NCBI GenBank assembly: GCA_965365535.1
Contig: CBDUCD010000001.1
Location: forward strand, 1-57,842
Direction: 5' to 3'
Length of the DNA: 57,842 bases
Source: an uncultured Rhodothermales bacterium
Lineage (GTDB): Bacteria; Bacteroidota; Rhodothermia; Rhodothermales; BA12
Every line of letters starts with the position of its first letter. The first letter of the stretch is position 1. The position numbers and the translations under genes were made by a program. Below are positions 11,688-21,392 of the stretch, in pieces. The notes under the pieces were generated by a model. The model was not told the DNA's origin. It worked only from the letters and a program-made list of their open reading frames with translations, and searched no databases.

Positions 11688-14543
11688 TTAGCCTTGCAGC
11701 GCCTCGGCCAGCAGCGTCGGCATCTGCGCGAGAACGGCGTCGAGGCCGCCCACGTCGCGCCCGCCCGCCGTGGCGAGGGCCGGGCGCCCGCCGCCGCCGC
11801 CGCCCACGCGCCGCGCCAGCACGCCGATGAGTTTGCCCGCCTGCACGCCGCGCGCCACGAGGGCGTCCCCGACGGCAAGGGCGAGGTTGGCCTTTTCGCC
11901 CGTCTCGTCGGCGCCCACGAGCAGGGCCACGCCCCCCTCGCCCAGCCCCTGCACCAGCACCTGCGCCAGGTCGCGGAGGGCGTCCATGCCGGCGCCGTCG
12001 AGCCGTCCCGTGGCAAGGCGCGCGTCGCCGACGGCGCGGGCGTGGCGGGCAAAGCCGTCGAGCTGGCTTTCCAGCCCGGCGCGGCGGGCCTTTTCGAGGG
12101 CGCGCTCGAGCACGCGCTGCGCTTCGAGCAGGGCTTCGATTTCGGCGTCGGCGGGGCGCGACAGGTTGCGGAACAGGCCGCGCACGCGCGCCAGCTCGTC
12201 GGTTTCGCTCCACAGGTGCGCCAGGGCGTCCATGCCCGTCACGGCCTCGACGCGGCGCACGCCGGCGGCCACGCTGCCCTCCGACACGAACCGGAACACG
12301 CCGATTTCGCCCGTGGCGCCCACGTGCGTGCCGCCGCAAAGCTCGACGGATCGCTGCGCGTCGAAGGTGATGACGCGCACGCGCTCGCCGTACTTCTCGC
12401 CAAAAAGCGCCATCGCGCCGCGCCCCAGCGCCTCTTCGATGGGCACGTCGCGGTCTTCCTGCCGGGCGACGTTGTCCTGGACGAAGCCGTTGACCCACGC
12501 CTCGACGGCGCGAAGCTGGTCGGGCGTGACGCGCTCGAAGTGGCTGAAGTCGAAGCGCAGCCTTTCGGGCGCCACGAGCGAGCCTTTCTGCTGCACGTGC
12601 GGCCCGAGCACGTGGCGCAGGCCGGCGTGCAGCAGGTGCGTGGCCGTGTGGTGCTTGGCGATGCGCGCGCGCCGCCCCGCGTCCACGCGCGCCGTGACGC
12701 CGGCCTCCACGTCGGCGGGGAGGTGGGCGACGACGTGGACGGTTTCGCCCTGCTGCTTTTGCGCGTCGAGCACGGCGATTTCCTCGCCGCCCACGACTAG
12801 CCGGCCCGCGTCGCCCATCTGCCCGCCGCTTTCGGCGTAAAAAGGCGTCGCCGCCAGCCGTATTTCGTGGCGCCGGGTGCCGTCGGGCAGCTCGACGCTG
12901 CGGTAGGCGGTGATTTCGGTTTCGGCGTCGAGCCGGTCGTAGCCCACGAACAGCGTCTGGCCCTCGCGCACGGGCTGCCACGCGTCCACGCGGCTCTGGT
13001 CCACCTTGAAGTGGGCGGCGGCGCGGGCGCGGCGGCGCTGCTCTTCCATCAGGCGCGCGTACGCCTCTTCGCCCACGCCAAAACCTTCTTCGCGCGCCAT
13101 GAGCGCCGTCAGGTCGGCGGGGAAGCCATACGTGTCGTGCAGCAGAAAGGCCACTTCGCCGGGCACGAGGCGGTCGGCGGCGGCCTGGGAAAACTGGTCG
13201 AGCAGGGCTTCGCCTGTTTCGCCGTACGCCTTCTGGAGCAGGTCGAGGGCGCCCCGGTCGGACTGGAGCGCCTGCCGCGCTGCCGCGCCCGCGCCGGGCA
13301 TCTCCTCCTGGGCGGCAAAGGCGCGCAGGTGCGGCAACAGCACCTCGAACGATTGCAGGCCCGTGCCCAGCGTCTGCAAAAAGCCTTCTTCCTCGGCCCG
13401 GATGACGCGCTCGACGTAGTCCTGCTGGGCGGCGAGTTCGGGAAAGGCCGCGCCCATCGTCTCGACGAGGGCGGGCACGAGGCGCGACAGAAACGGCTCG
13501 CGGAAGCCCAGCGTCTGGTAGCCGTAGCGGACGGCGCGGCGCAGAATGCGGCGGATGACGTAGCCGCGCCCGGCGTTGCCCGGCACCACGCCGTCGGCGA
13601 CGGTAAAGGCGAGGGTGCGCAGGTGGTCGGCAATGACGCGCATGGCCACGCGGACGCGCTCGCGCTCGGCCGCGTCGGCGGTGTCAATGGCGTCGTAGCC
13701 CTCCACGTCGGCGCGGGGCGCGAGGCGGGCCGTGCTGTCGAGGAGGCCGGCGAAAAGGTCGGTGTCGTAGTTGCTGCTTTTGCCCTGGAGCACGGCCAGG
13801 ACGCGCTCGAAGCCCATGCCCGTGTCCACGTGGCGGGCGGCGAGGGGTTCGAGGCTGCCGTCCGGCTGGGCGTTGTACTGGATAAAGACGAGGTTCCAGA
13901 TTTCCATCACGCGCGGGTCGCCGGCGTTGACGAGGTCGAGGCCGGGCGTCTGGGCGCGCTCCTCGTCGGTGCGCAGGTCAATGTGGATTTCCGAGCACGG
14001 CCCGCAGGGGCCCGTGTCGCCCATCATCCAGAAGTTGTCTTTCGTCGCGCAGAACTTGACGTGGCCGGGGTCGAGGGGCGTCACGCCCGTCCACAGGTCG
14101 GCGGCCTCGCGGTCGGGTTCGAGGCCGAGCCGGGCGTCGCCCTCGTGGACGGTGGCGTAGAGCCGGTCGGCGGGCAGGCCCCAGCGCTCGACGAGCAGCT
14201 CCCACGCCCACGCGATGGCGTCGCGCTTGAAGTAGTCGCCAAACGACCAGTTGCCCAGCATCTCGAAAAAGGTGTGGTGGTACGTGTCGTAGCCCACCTC
14301 TTCGAGGTCGTTGTGCTTGCCCGAGACGCGCAGGCACTTCTGCGTGTCGGCGGCGCGCTGGTAGGGCCGCGTGCCCGTGCCCAGAAACACGTCCTTGAAC
14401 TGGTTCATGCCCGCGTTCGTGAACAGCAGCGTGGCGTCGCCCTGGGGCACGAGGCTGGCGCTGGGCACGATGGCGTGGCCTTTTTCGCGGAAAAAGTCGA
14501 GAAAGTCCTGGCGCACCTGCGCCGACGTGTGGGGTTTGGGCAT
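11688..14543 (-). CDS. alaS: alanine--tRNA ligase
   Basis: 951 aa. FTNAGMNQFKD, HHTFFEMLGNWSFGDYFK, the editing-domain motifs HTATHLLH and CGGTHV, and a C-terminal DHHA1-like region. Confidence 0.97.
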   Translation of the reverse strand: MPKPHTSAQVRQDFLDFFREKGHAIVPSASLVPQGDATLLFTNAGMNQFKDVFLGTGTRPYQRAADTQKCLRVSGKHNDLEEVGYDTYHHTFFEMLGNWSFGDYFKRDAIAWAWELLVERWGLPADRLYATVHEGDARLGLEPDREAADLWTGVTPLDPGHVKFCATKDNFWMMGDTGPCGPCSEIHIDLRTDEERAQTPGLDLVNAGDPRVMEIWNLVFIQYNAQPDGSLEPLAARHVDTGMGFERVLAVLQGKSSNYDTDLFAGLLDSTARLAPRADVEGYDAIDTADAAERERVRVAMRVIADHLRTLAFTVADGVVPGNAGRGYVIRRILRRAVRYGYQTLGFREPFLSRLVPALVETMGAAFPELAAQQDYVERVIRAEEEGFLQTLGTGLQSFEVLLPHLRAFAAQEEMPGAGAAARQALQSDRGALDLLQKAYGETGEALLDQFSQAAADRLVPGEVAFLLHDTYGFPADLTALMAREEGFGVGEEAYARLMEEQRRRARAAAHFKVDQSRVDAWQPVREGQTLFVGYDRLDAETEITAYRSVELPDGTRRHEIRLAATPFYAESGGQMGDAGRLVVGGEEIAVLDAQKQQGETVHVVAHLPADVEAGVTARVDAGRRARIAKHHTATHLLHAGLRHVLGPHVQQKGSLVAPERLRFDFSHFERVTPDQLRAVEAWVNGFVQDNVARQEDRDVPIEEALGRGAMALFGEKYGERVRVITFDAQRSVELCGGTHVGATGEIGVFRFVSEGSVAAGVRRVEAVTGMDALAHLWSETDELARVRGLFRNLSRPADAEIEALLEAQRVLERALEKARRAGLESQLDGFARHARAVGDARLATGRLDGAGMDALRDLAQVLVQGLGEGGVALLVGADETGEKANLALAVGDALVARGVQAGKLIGVLARRVGGGGGGRPALATAGGRDVGGLDAVLAQMPTLLAEALQG

Positions 14544-14604
14544 GGGGGTGTACAGAGTGGCGGGCCAACTTACACACCCCCCGGCGGGCGGTGGGTGAAA
14601 AGCC

Positions 14605-14631
14605 GTAAAAGCGCTATTACAGTGCTTTTAC
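14605..14631. promoter_or_regulatory. 8-bp perfect inverted repeat GTAAAAGC-N11-GCTTTTAC in the divergent alaS / yeaQ-family promoter region
   Basis: Read directly. It is the most AT-rich patch of the 172-nt divergent intergenic region, 62-88 nt upstream of the alaS ATG. Its function is unknown. Confidence 0.3.
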
Positions 14632-14715
14632 ACCCCGGTACCCAGCCCACGCCATTCCTGCCCTCGTTTTGCGGTACTGTTTGCACACCCTCCAACAAAC
14701 CCCGTTTACACTGCT

Positions 14716-14964
14716 ATGGGCATTCTCAGCTGGATTCTCTTCGGCCTCATCGCCGGCGCACTCGCCAAATGGATCATGCCGGGCAACGATCCGGGCGGCT
14801 TTATCATCACCATCATCCTGGGCATCGTGGGGGCCGTCGTGGGCGGCTTCGTGGGCTCGCTGCTCGGGCTCGGCGGCGTGAACGGCTTCAACTTCGGCAG
14901 CTTCGTCATCGCCATTCTGGGCGCGCTGCTGGTGCTGTTCATCTACCGCAAGGTGAAATCCTGA
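14716..14964 (+). CDS. GlsB/YeaQ/YmgE-family (transglycosylase-associated) small membrane protein
   Basis: 82 aa. MGILSWILFGLIAGALAKWIMPG....GFIITIILGIVGAVVGGF is the family signature. Confidence 0.88.
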   Translation: MGILSWILFGLIAGALAKWIMPGNDPGGFIITIILGIVGAVVGGFVGSLLGLGGVNGFNFGSFVIAILGALLVLFIYRKVKS

Positions 14965-14970
14965 CGGTTG

Positions 14971-15666
14971 CTACCGCGTGTTTTCCAGGCCCCGGAGGTT
15001 TTTCGCGCCTCCGGGGCTTTTTTTGCGCCGCTGCGCGGCGATGTCGCTGGGCAGGCCGGGCGACACGCACGGGTGGCCCTCGACGAAAAAGCGGTACGGC
15101 AACTCGACGCCGCGCGTGAGGCCGATGCGCGCCGAGACGCCGACGGGGCCGGGCGGCTGCGTTTCGGGGCGGGCGAAATAGAGCGGCGGGCGCGTCAGGT
15201 CGGCGCCGTGCTGCCTGTTCGTGATGCCCATCGCCTGCGTCAGCTTGCCCGGCCCGCTCGTCAGGTCGCAGAGGCGGCGGGCCAGGGGGCGGTTGCGGTA
15301 CATCGCGTCGAGGCCGCGCACGGGTTCGAGGGCGCGGACGAGCACGGCGCCCCCCACGCCCTCGCGCTCGGTGACGACGTTGAGCAGCCAGTAGCGGGCG
15401 TAGATGAGATAGACGTAGGCGCGGCCCGGCGGGGCGAACAGGTCGTGCCCGCGCCCCGTGGGCTTGAGCAGACCGGTTTGCAGGTCGAGCAGCCCCCAGC
15501 CGTGAAAGGCCGGGTCGTCTTGCAGATACCCTTCCGTCTCGACGATGCGCCCGGCCAGCACGCCTTCCGGCGTTTCGTGGACGAGCCAGCACCCCAGCAG
15601 GTCGCGGGCGACGCCCAGCGTGGGGCGGTCGAAAAACGCGGGCGGCAGGGGTTCGAGGGGTGCCAC
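14971..15666 (-). CDS. DNA-3-methyladenine glycosylase (AAG/Mpg family)
   Basis: C-terminal 231 codons of ORF 14971..16527. The start was moved to GTG 15666-15664, 6 nt after the upstream stop. ...LARDLLGC.LV.......L.GRIVETEAY...DPA.H......T.R...LF.P.G.AYVYLIYG....LNVV... is the Mpg pattern. The last ~18 codons are read through the neighbouring terminator, so the true C-terminus is uncertain. Confidence 0.82.
   Translation of the reverse strand: MAPLEPLPPAFFDRPTLGVARDLLGCWLVHETPEGVLAGRIVETEGYLQDDPAFHGWGLLDLQTGLLKPTGRGHDLFAPPGRAYVYLIYARYWLLNVVTEREGVGGAVLVRALEPVRGLDAMYRNRPLARRLCDLTSGPGKLTQAMGITNRQHGADLTRPPLYFARPETQPPGPVGVSARIGLTRGVELPYRFFVEGHPCVSPGLPSDIAAQRRKKSPGGAKNLRGLENTR
14989..15024 (+). 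terminator. Rho-independent terminator of the yeaQ-family gene
   Basis: GCCCCGGAGG-tttttcgcg-CCTCCGGGGC followed by T7. It lies inside the last codons of the convergent mpg ORF. Confidence 0.8.
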
Positions 15667-15671
15667 GTTTT

Positions 15672-17471
15672 TTATTCGACGTGCGTCAGGTGGCGCGTGG
15701 CGCGCTTTCCGCCCGCCTCGACGGCGACGAGGTACACGCCGGCGGGCAGCCCCTGCATCGTCCACGAGACGGCCTGCGGGCCCGCGCCGCGCGGCGCGTC
15801 GTCCAGCACGCGCAGCACCTCCTGCCCCAGCGCGTTGAACAGGCGCACCCTCACGCGGGTGGCAGCGCCGAGGACGAACTGGAGGCGCGTCTCCCCTGCC
15901 GACGGATTCGGGTACAGCCCGGTGATGCCGAGCCCGCTGCCCGGTTTTTCGCCCGTTTCCGCGCCCGTGGCAACGGCATCGCCGCTGGGCGCACTCTCGT
16001 TCCAGTTGGCGTCGAGGGCCGTCAGGACGTAGTGGTTGGGGCCGCCGAGGGGCGCGGCGTCGGCGAAAGAAGTCGCGGTGGCGGGCAGCACGGCGATAAT
16101 CGCCGCGGCGTCGTCGAGGGCGCCGGGCAGCGCGGGCTCCGCGCCGAAGCGGTAGAGCGCGAACCAGCGCGCCCCGTCGTCCTCGCCGTCGCCGGCGGGC
16201 ACGGCCGGCGCCTGCCAGGTAAGGGTGATGGACGGCCCCGAGGCGGTCGCCGTCAGGTTGAGGGGCGGAGGGGGCGCGAGCGTTTCCTTCCACGGCATCA
16301 CGGGCGGCAGGGCCCGCGTGCGGTACAGATCCTGGCGCAGCGAGTCCTCGATGGCGTTCGAGTTGTACACGAGGTTGCCCGTGCGGAAAAAGACGCTGCC
16401 GGGGATGCCGTTGGCGCGGTTGAAGCGCACCTGGCGCGGCAACTCGGCGTTGCTGTACTGGACGCCCCGGTAGGCGGCGTGGCCGGGGTAGAGGTGGCGC
16501 CCGTTTTCCTGGGCGCGGTCGCGCCACCAGGAGGCCAGCCGCCCGTAGTCCTGCCCGCCGCCAAAGGCCCAGTAGAGCTGGGGCGTGATGTAGTCAATGG
16601 ACTGCGCCCGCAGCCACGCCACGCCGTCGGCGTAGATGGTGTTGTAGGCGTCCAGCCCCGTCGTGCCAGAGGGCACGCCCGGCTTCCAGATGCCAAACGG
16701 ACTCACGCCGTACTTGACGTGCGGCTTGACGGCGCGGATGGAATCGCCGACCTGTTTGATGAACAGGTTGACGTTGTCGCGCCGCCAGTCGCCCCGGTTA
16801 GTGAAGCCCCGACCTTCGGCGGCAAACGTCGCGTCGTCCTGGTTGGTGATGCCGGAAAAGCCCACACCGCCATTGGGGTACGGGTAGAAATAATCGTCGA
16901 AGTGGACGCCGTCAATGTCGTAGCGGCGCACCACGTCCATGATGACGCGCGTGTTGTAGTCGCGCACGGCCTGCTTGCCGGGGTCGAGAATGGCGATGTT
17001 GGGCTGCGAAAACTGGATAATCCAGTCGGGGTGCTTTTTCGTGACGTGGAGGCTGTCGGTGGCGTAGTTGCCGATGCTGCGCTCGACGCGGTACGGGTTG
17101 AACCAGGCGTGCAGCTCCATGCCGCGCTTGTGCGCCTCCTCGACGGCAAAGGCGAGCGGATCGTAGGCAGGGCTGGGCGCCTTGCCCTGCTGCTCGGTCA
17201 GCCAGTACGACCACGGCTCAATCGTCGAGGCGTACATGGCGTCGGCTTCCGAGCGCACCTGAAAAAAGACGGCGTTGATGTGCATCCGCGCCAGCTCGTC
17301 GAGCAGGTAGATGAGGCTGGCTTTCTGGTCCTGCGTCGTCCCCGTCGGCGGCCAGTCGAGGCGGGTGACGGTGGCGATCCAGGCGGCGCGGAACTCGCGT
17401 TTGGGGGGCGCCTCCTGCGCGCAGGCGGTGCCGGCCACGAGGGCCAGCAGGCAGAGGGGCAGCAGCTTCAT
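15672..17471 (-). CDS. glycoside-hydrolase-like GHL10 (DUF187/YngK-type) family protein with T9SS C-terminal sorting domain
   Basis: 599 aa. Signal peptide, then REFRAAWIATV..LDWP......Q........LD.....INAV.FQVR...DA.Y.S..EPWS..L....G..P..YDPL.F.V.EAH.RG.ELHAWFNPYR (GHL10 pattern). FN3-like spacer. CTD ...LYPNPSAGETRLQF...VRLFNALGQEV...LPAGVYLVAVE... Confidence 0.8.
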   Translation of the reverse strand: MKLLPLCLLALVAGTACAQEAPPKREFRAAWIATVTRLDWPPTGTTQDQKASLIYLLDELARMHINAVFFQVRSEADAMYASTIEPWSYWLTEQQGKAPSPAYDPLAFAVEEAHKRGMELHAWFNPYRVERSIGNYATDSLHVTKKHPDWIIQFSQPNIAILDPGKQAVRDYNTRVIMDVVRRYDIDGVHFDDYFYPYPNGGVGFSGITNQDDATFAAEGRGFTNRGDWRRDNVNLFIKQVGDSIRAVKPHVKYGVSPFGIWKPGVPSGTTGLDAYNTIYADGVAWLRAQSIDYITPQLYWAFGGGQDYGRLASWWRDRAQENGRHLYPGHAAYRGVQYSNAELPRQVRFNRANGIPGSVFFRTGNLVYNSNAIEDSLRQDLYRTRALPPVMPWKETLAPPPPLNLTATASGPSITLTWQAPAVPAGDGEDDGARWFALYRFGAEPALPGALDDAAAIIAVLPATATSFADAAPLGGPNHYVLTALDANWNESAPSGDAVATGAETGEKPGSGLGITGLYPNPSAGETRLQFVLGAATRVRVRLFNALGQEVLRVLDDAPRGAGPQAVSWTMQGLPAGVYLVAVEAGGKRATRHLTHVE

Positions 17472-17492
17472 CGGGGTAGCGTGTCGAAGGGG

Positions 17493-17530
17493 GAAAGAAA
17501 AAGCCCCCGGCCGCGCGGGCAGCCGGGGGC
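17493..17530 (-). terminator. Rho-independent terminator after the 467-aa T9SS gene
   Basis: The minus strand reads GCCCCCGGC-tgcccgcgc-GCCGGGGGC followed by TTTTTCTTT. Confidence 0.75.
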
Positions 17531-17560
17531 CTCAGAACACAGCGCGTTCGGGCAGGTCGG

Positions 17561-18964
17561 TTAGCGCACCACGGTAAAGGTGCCGCTGGCCAGGCGCCCG
17601 CCCGACTGCAAGCGGTACAGGTACAGCCCCGCGGGCAGCCCCGACGCATCAAAGGAAACGTCGTAGGTGTCGGCGGCCAGCACGTCGTCCACGACCGTCG
17701 CCACTTCGCGGCCCAGCGTGTCGTACACCTTGAGCGCCGCCGGCCCGGCCTGGGGCAGCGAGAACGAAAGCGTCGTCAGGCCCGAGGTGGGGTTGGGGTA
17801 GGTGCCCAGCACGGCGAAGCCGTCGGGCAGGGTGTTGCGGCCTTCGACGGCGCTGCCCTCGGTAAAGAGGAACTTCTGCACCGACGGCCCCGCCTGGCCG
17901 AACTGGCCGGCGTACGCCACCATGCCGCTGGGCGAAAAGGCAAGGGCGCGCGGGCGGCCCGTGCCACCGCCATTCCACTTGATGCTGTCGAGCGCGGGCG
18001 GGTTCGAGTAGTTGCCCGAAATCTGCTGCTGGTCGAAGGCGTACCACGTCTGCATCTGGTAGTGCGACTCGAAGCCCGGGAAGCGGTTGGGCGCGTCGTT
18101 GGGCGAGCCGGCGGCGACCCACAGGTCGTTCGTCACCGGGTGAATCGTGACCGACTCCGAATCCATGCCCTGCAGAACGGTGTCCGGCACCGTCGGGAAC
18201 GAGGAGAACTCGTCGTTGCGGCGGTACATGTGGATGGCGTGCGTGGTGTAGCCTGCCCAGTAGATCGTGTTGCCGTCGCGCGACACCTCGAACGAACGCG
18301 AAAAGCCCTTCGTGCCCGTGATGAGGGCGGGGTCGAGCTCGACGAGGTCCGCCGAGAAGCGCTTGATGGGGCTGCCATCGCCCGCCACGACGGGGCGCGT
18401 GTACACGTTGCCCGCGCCGTCCACCGCTGCCGCCGTGAGCGAGGCACCGGGGTACGGCGTGGTCGCGTTCATCATCTCGCCCGTCTGGTAGTTGAGGCGG
18501 ATGAGGCGGTCGCCCTGCGACACGTAGATGTTGCCGTCGGCGGGGCTGGCGCGCAGGCCGCGGCCCGTCATCGTGTCGTACGACTTGTAGGTGTTACCTC
18601 CCACGACGGCCGTGCCCAGGTACTGCAGGCCCAGCGTGTCGGCCACGGCGCCGTTCTGCTTGAGCGTGATGATGGGCGAAAACGTCGCCGGCGTGCCGTC
18701 CGGGTTATAGACGTAGATGGCGCGCACGTTGAGCGTCTTGTACTTCGTCGTGCCGATGACGACGGTATCGGCAAAGGTGAAGGACTGCGAGCCGTAGTAA
18801 TCCTGGATCCACACCTTGCCGTCGGGGTCAACGGCCAGCCCGTGGGTGTCGTTGGTTTTGAGGGTGTCGGGAGGGAACAGCCCCGCGTACGTCCACGATT
18901 TCTGGGCGTGGGCCGCGATGGGGAGCGCCAGGGCGCAGAGGAGGGTCAGTAGCGTTTTGCGCAT
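17561..18964 (-). CDS. secreted beta-propeller (NHL/SMP-30-like repeats) protein with T9SS C-terminal sorting domain
   Basis: 467 aa with a signal peptide (..PIAAHAQ). Repeated D.DG.vW/iY blade motifs (VDPDGKVWIQ, ADGNIYVSQ, DGAGNVYT, RDGNTIYWAG, TNDLWVAA). CTD ...TYPNPTSGLTTLSF...LKVYDTLGREV...LPAGLYLYRLQSGG... Confidence 0.7.
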   Translation of the reverse strand: MRKTLLTLLCALALPIAAHAQKSWTYAGLFPPDTLKTNDTHGLAVDPDGKVWIQDYYGSQSFTFADTVVIGTTKYKTLNVRAIYVYNPDGTPATFSPIITLKQNGAVADTLGLQYLGTAVVGGNTYKSYDTMTGRGLRASPADGNIYVSQGDRLIRLNYQTGEMMNATTPYPGASLTAAAVDGAGNVYTRPVVAGDGSPIKRFSADLVELDPALITGTKGFSRSFEVSRDGNTIYWAGYTTHAIHMYRRNDEFSSFPTVPDTVLQGMDSESVTIHPVTNDLWVAAGSPNDAPNRFPGFESHYQMQTWYAFDQQQISGNYSNPPALDSIKWNGGGTGRPRALAFSPSGMVAYAGQFGQAGPSVQKFLFTEGSAVEGRNTLPDGFAVLGTYPNPTSGLTTLSFSLPQAGPAALKVYDTLGREVATVVDDVLAADTYDVSFDASGLPAGLYLYRLQSGGRLASGTFTVVR

Positions 18965-19067
18965 CGTGCCAAACAGGTTGATGGGAGGGGTTTAGAAAGT
19001 CTCCGCCTGGTGTGGAGAATTGGTGGAGCGAAGGTAAGGGTTACAGGCCGCAGATGCGAACGCTGCC

Positions 19068-20345
19068 TCAGCGCTCGCCCTGCCGCAAGGTGTTGATTAC
19101 AACCAGATCGCCCTTCGTGGCCGAGGATTCTTTCGAAGCGACGATGCGCGGCCCGGAGGCGTAGAGCATGTTGCCCGTGCCCCACGTGAGGCCGGCAACG
19201 TTGCCCACGAGCAGCCCGTCGTAAAGCTCGCCAAAGGTGCCGTCGGCCAGGCGTTCGAGCAGGGGCGCTTCGTTTACCTGGGTCGCGGGGGCCGTCGGCA
19301 CCAGCGTCGTGCCCATGATGAGGTCGCCGCCCGCGGTAAAGGCCAGCGCCGTCACCTGCTGCTCGGGAAACGTCGCCGTGACGTTGACCACGTCTTCGGC
19401 GGCGCCCAGCCCCTGGCCGCTGAGCGGGTAGCGGACGATTTTGTTGACCCCGTCGCTGACGACGGAGGCGTAGAGAAAGTCGTCGCGCACTTCGAGGGCG
19501 AGCACGCTGCCCGGCGCCGGGAACGGCGAAACGGCCTTGTCGAGCCCGACGCGGTAGAGAAAGCCCGTGCCCGAGCCGCCCGTCCACACGACGCCCGCGT
19601 CGTCGGTGTCGATGGCGCGCAGCACGAGCTGGGCGGGCGGCAGCACCACGTAGGGCGGCGTGCCGTCGGCGGTGCCGCCCTCGTTGATTTTAAAGACGGC
19701 GCGCACGTTGCGGACGCCCAGCAGGCCCGTGGCCGGGGCGTAGGCGAGGTCGGGGTAGGTGGCCGCCGTGGCGCTGGCGTACTGCGTGAAGGCGCCCTGC
19801 GGCGTGCTTTTGCGGATGCCGCCGCCCTTGCCCTCCACCGTGACGGAGAAGTACACGTTGCCGTCGGCGTCGCTGGCCAGCCCGAAAGGCTGATCCGACA
19901 CGGCCAGCTCGCCCAGCCGCTCGACGGCAGGCAGCAGCGCGTAGCCTACCTGCTGGCTGAAATGCTCGGCCCGCACCACGGCGACGCGCACCATCAGGTC
20001 GCGCACCGTCACGTCGCGCGAGGGCAGGTTGGGCGCCTTCATGGTGATGGTCGTCGGCGTGACGGCGAGCACGGGGTAGCGCGTGCCGTTGAAATAGACG
20101 AACGTGCTGTCGGGGCTGGGCGCGAAGTTCTGGCCCGTGAGCGTCAGCGTGGTCACACCCGCCAGCGACAGCCCCACGGCAGGCTCGATGCCCGTCAGCA
20201 CGGGGTCGGGGCGCGGCGGCTGGTAGGTGCCTTTCTGGATGGGGTCGTAGAGGCTCGGCCCCTCGGCGGTATCGCAGCCGGCAAAGGTGGCAAGGGCCAG
20301 GGCGAGGCCAAGCAGGTGGAACGGCGCGCGCGTAACGGTGGGCAT
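19068..20345 (-). CDS. lipoprotein with IPT/TIG-like domain and beta-propeller repeats
   Basis: 425 aa with lipobox ..LATFAGC. PVLTGIEPAVG..AGVTTLTLTGQNF....STFVYFNG is IPT/TIG-like. It is followed by DADGNVYF / DDAGVVWTG / DFLYAS / GGDLIMG / GNMLYASG blades. No T9SS CTD. Confidence 0.65.
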   Translation of the reverse strand: MPTVTRAPFHLLGLALALATFAGCDTAEGPSLYDPIQKGTYQPPRPDPVLTGIEPAVGLSLAGVTTLTLTGQNFAPSPDSTFVYFNGTRYPVLAVTPTTITMKAPNLPSRDVTVRDLMVRVAVVRAEHFSQQVGYALLPAVERLGELAVSDQPFGLASDADGNVYFSVTVEGKGGGIRKSTPQGAFTQYASATAATYPDLAYAPATGLLGVRNVRAVFKINEGGTADGTPPYVVLPPAQLVLRAIDTDDAGVVWTGGSGTGFLYRVGLDKAVSPFPAPGSVLALEVRDDFLYASVVSDGVNKIVRYPLSGQGLGAAEDVVNVTATFPEQQVTALAFTAGGDLIMGTTLVPTAPATQVNEAPLLERLADGTFGELYDGLLVGNVAGLTWGTGNMLYASGPRIVASKESSATKGDLVVINTLRQGER

Positions 20346-20360
20346 GACGGGAGAGAAACG

Positions 20361-21371
20361 TTAGATCGAAAAGCGCAGCGACAGGCGGTGCACCTTGCCA
20401 AACTGGTTGAAGACGCCAAAGTCGGTGTAGGCGTAGTCGGCGCCAAAGCCGACGCCGCGCACCTTCTGCTGCACGCCCACGCCGAGGGAGACGCCCTGCT
20501 CGTCGGCAGGCTGCGTGTAGCCCGCGCGCAGGAAAAGCGTGTTCATGAAGCCGTACTCGGCGCCCACGTTGATCTGCTCGGTAAAGTCGCGCGGCTTGCT
20601 CGTATCCACCACGAACAGGAGCGAGTGCACGTCGCTCATCGAGGTGAGGTCCATCAGGTCCATCGCAAAGCCGATGCGCAGCTCGAGTGGAAGCTGGAAG
20701 CTTTCCTCGGCAAAGGTGACCTCGGGCGAGAAGTTGCGCGCCGTCACGGCAAAGTTGAGGCTGCGGAAGCCCGTCTGGTAGAGCATCCCGAAGTCGTAGG
20801 CCAGCACGCCTTCCTTCGCCTCCACGCGCGTCAGGCTGCCGTCGCCCGCGCGGTTTTCGACGGGCGAGCCCAGGTCGAGCGAGGCGTACTTGACGTGGCC
20901 GCCGATGGAAAAGCGGTCGGTGAGGGCGCGGGCGTAGCCGACGCCCACGCTGTAGGCCGAGGGCGAAAACGTGCCCAGGTCCACGTAGCCGTCGTCGTTG
21001 TTGGCGCGGATGGTTTCCTGCATCGCGCCGTAATCCACGTAGAGCAGCGACAGCCCGACGACGCCCCAGCGCCCGCCCTGCGGCGCAAAGCTGACGCCGG
21101 CGATGTTGTAGTCAATGTCGGCAATGAACTGCACCTGCGAGGCGCCCGCCGTCACCAGGTTCTGCTGGGCCGCCAGGCCCGCCGGGTTGTAGAACAGCGA
21201 CGCGTACATGCCGTCCACGGCCGTCACGGCGTTGCCCAGCGCGGCGGCGCGCGCGTCTATCGAGGTGGAGAGAAACTTCATGCCCGTCTGGGCGCGCTTG
21301 TCCTGCTGCGCCTGGGCAGCAGTGGCCACGCCGAGCGCGAGGGCAGCAAGTAGAAAGAGGCGGTGGGTCAT
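20361..21371 (-). CDS. PorV/PorQ-family outer-membrane beta-barrel protein
   Basis: 336 aa with a signal peptide. TGMKFLSTSIDARAAALGNAVTAV.G..ASLFYNPAGLA is the characteristic N-terminal motif of PorV/PorQ (FadL-like) barrels. Alternating beta pattern, with a C-terminal aromatic-rich end ...HRLSLRFSI. Confidence 0.75.
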   Translation of the reverse strand: MTHRLFLLAALALGVATAAQAQQDKRAQTGMKFLSTSIDARAAALGNAVTAVDGMYASLFYNPAGLAAQQNLVTAGASQVQFIADIDYNIAGVSFAPQGGRWGVVGLSLLYVDYGAMQETIRANNDDGYVDLGTFSPSAYSVGVGYARALTDRFSIGGHVKYASLDLGSPVENRAGDGSLTRVEAKEGVLAYDFGMLYQTGFRSLNFAVTARNFSPEVTFAEESFQLPLELRIGFAMDLMDLTSMSDVHSLLFVVDTSKPRDFTEQINVGAEYGFMNTLFLRAGYTQPADEQGVSLGVGVQQKVRGVGFGADYAYTDFGVFNQFGKVHRLSLRFSI

Positions 21372-21392
21372 GGACTCGGCAGGATGCTGGCC

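Noticed and set aside
14544-14715. T-box or other leader upstream of alaS.
   Set aside because: The leader is only ~60-170 nt. It has no specifier/antiterminator arrangement or T-box consensus, and T-boxes are not expected in this lineage.
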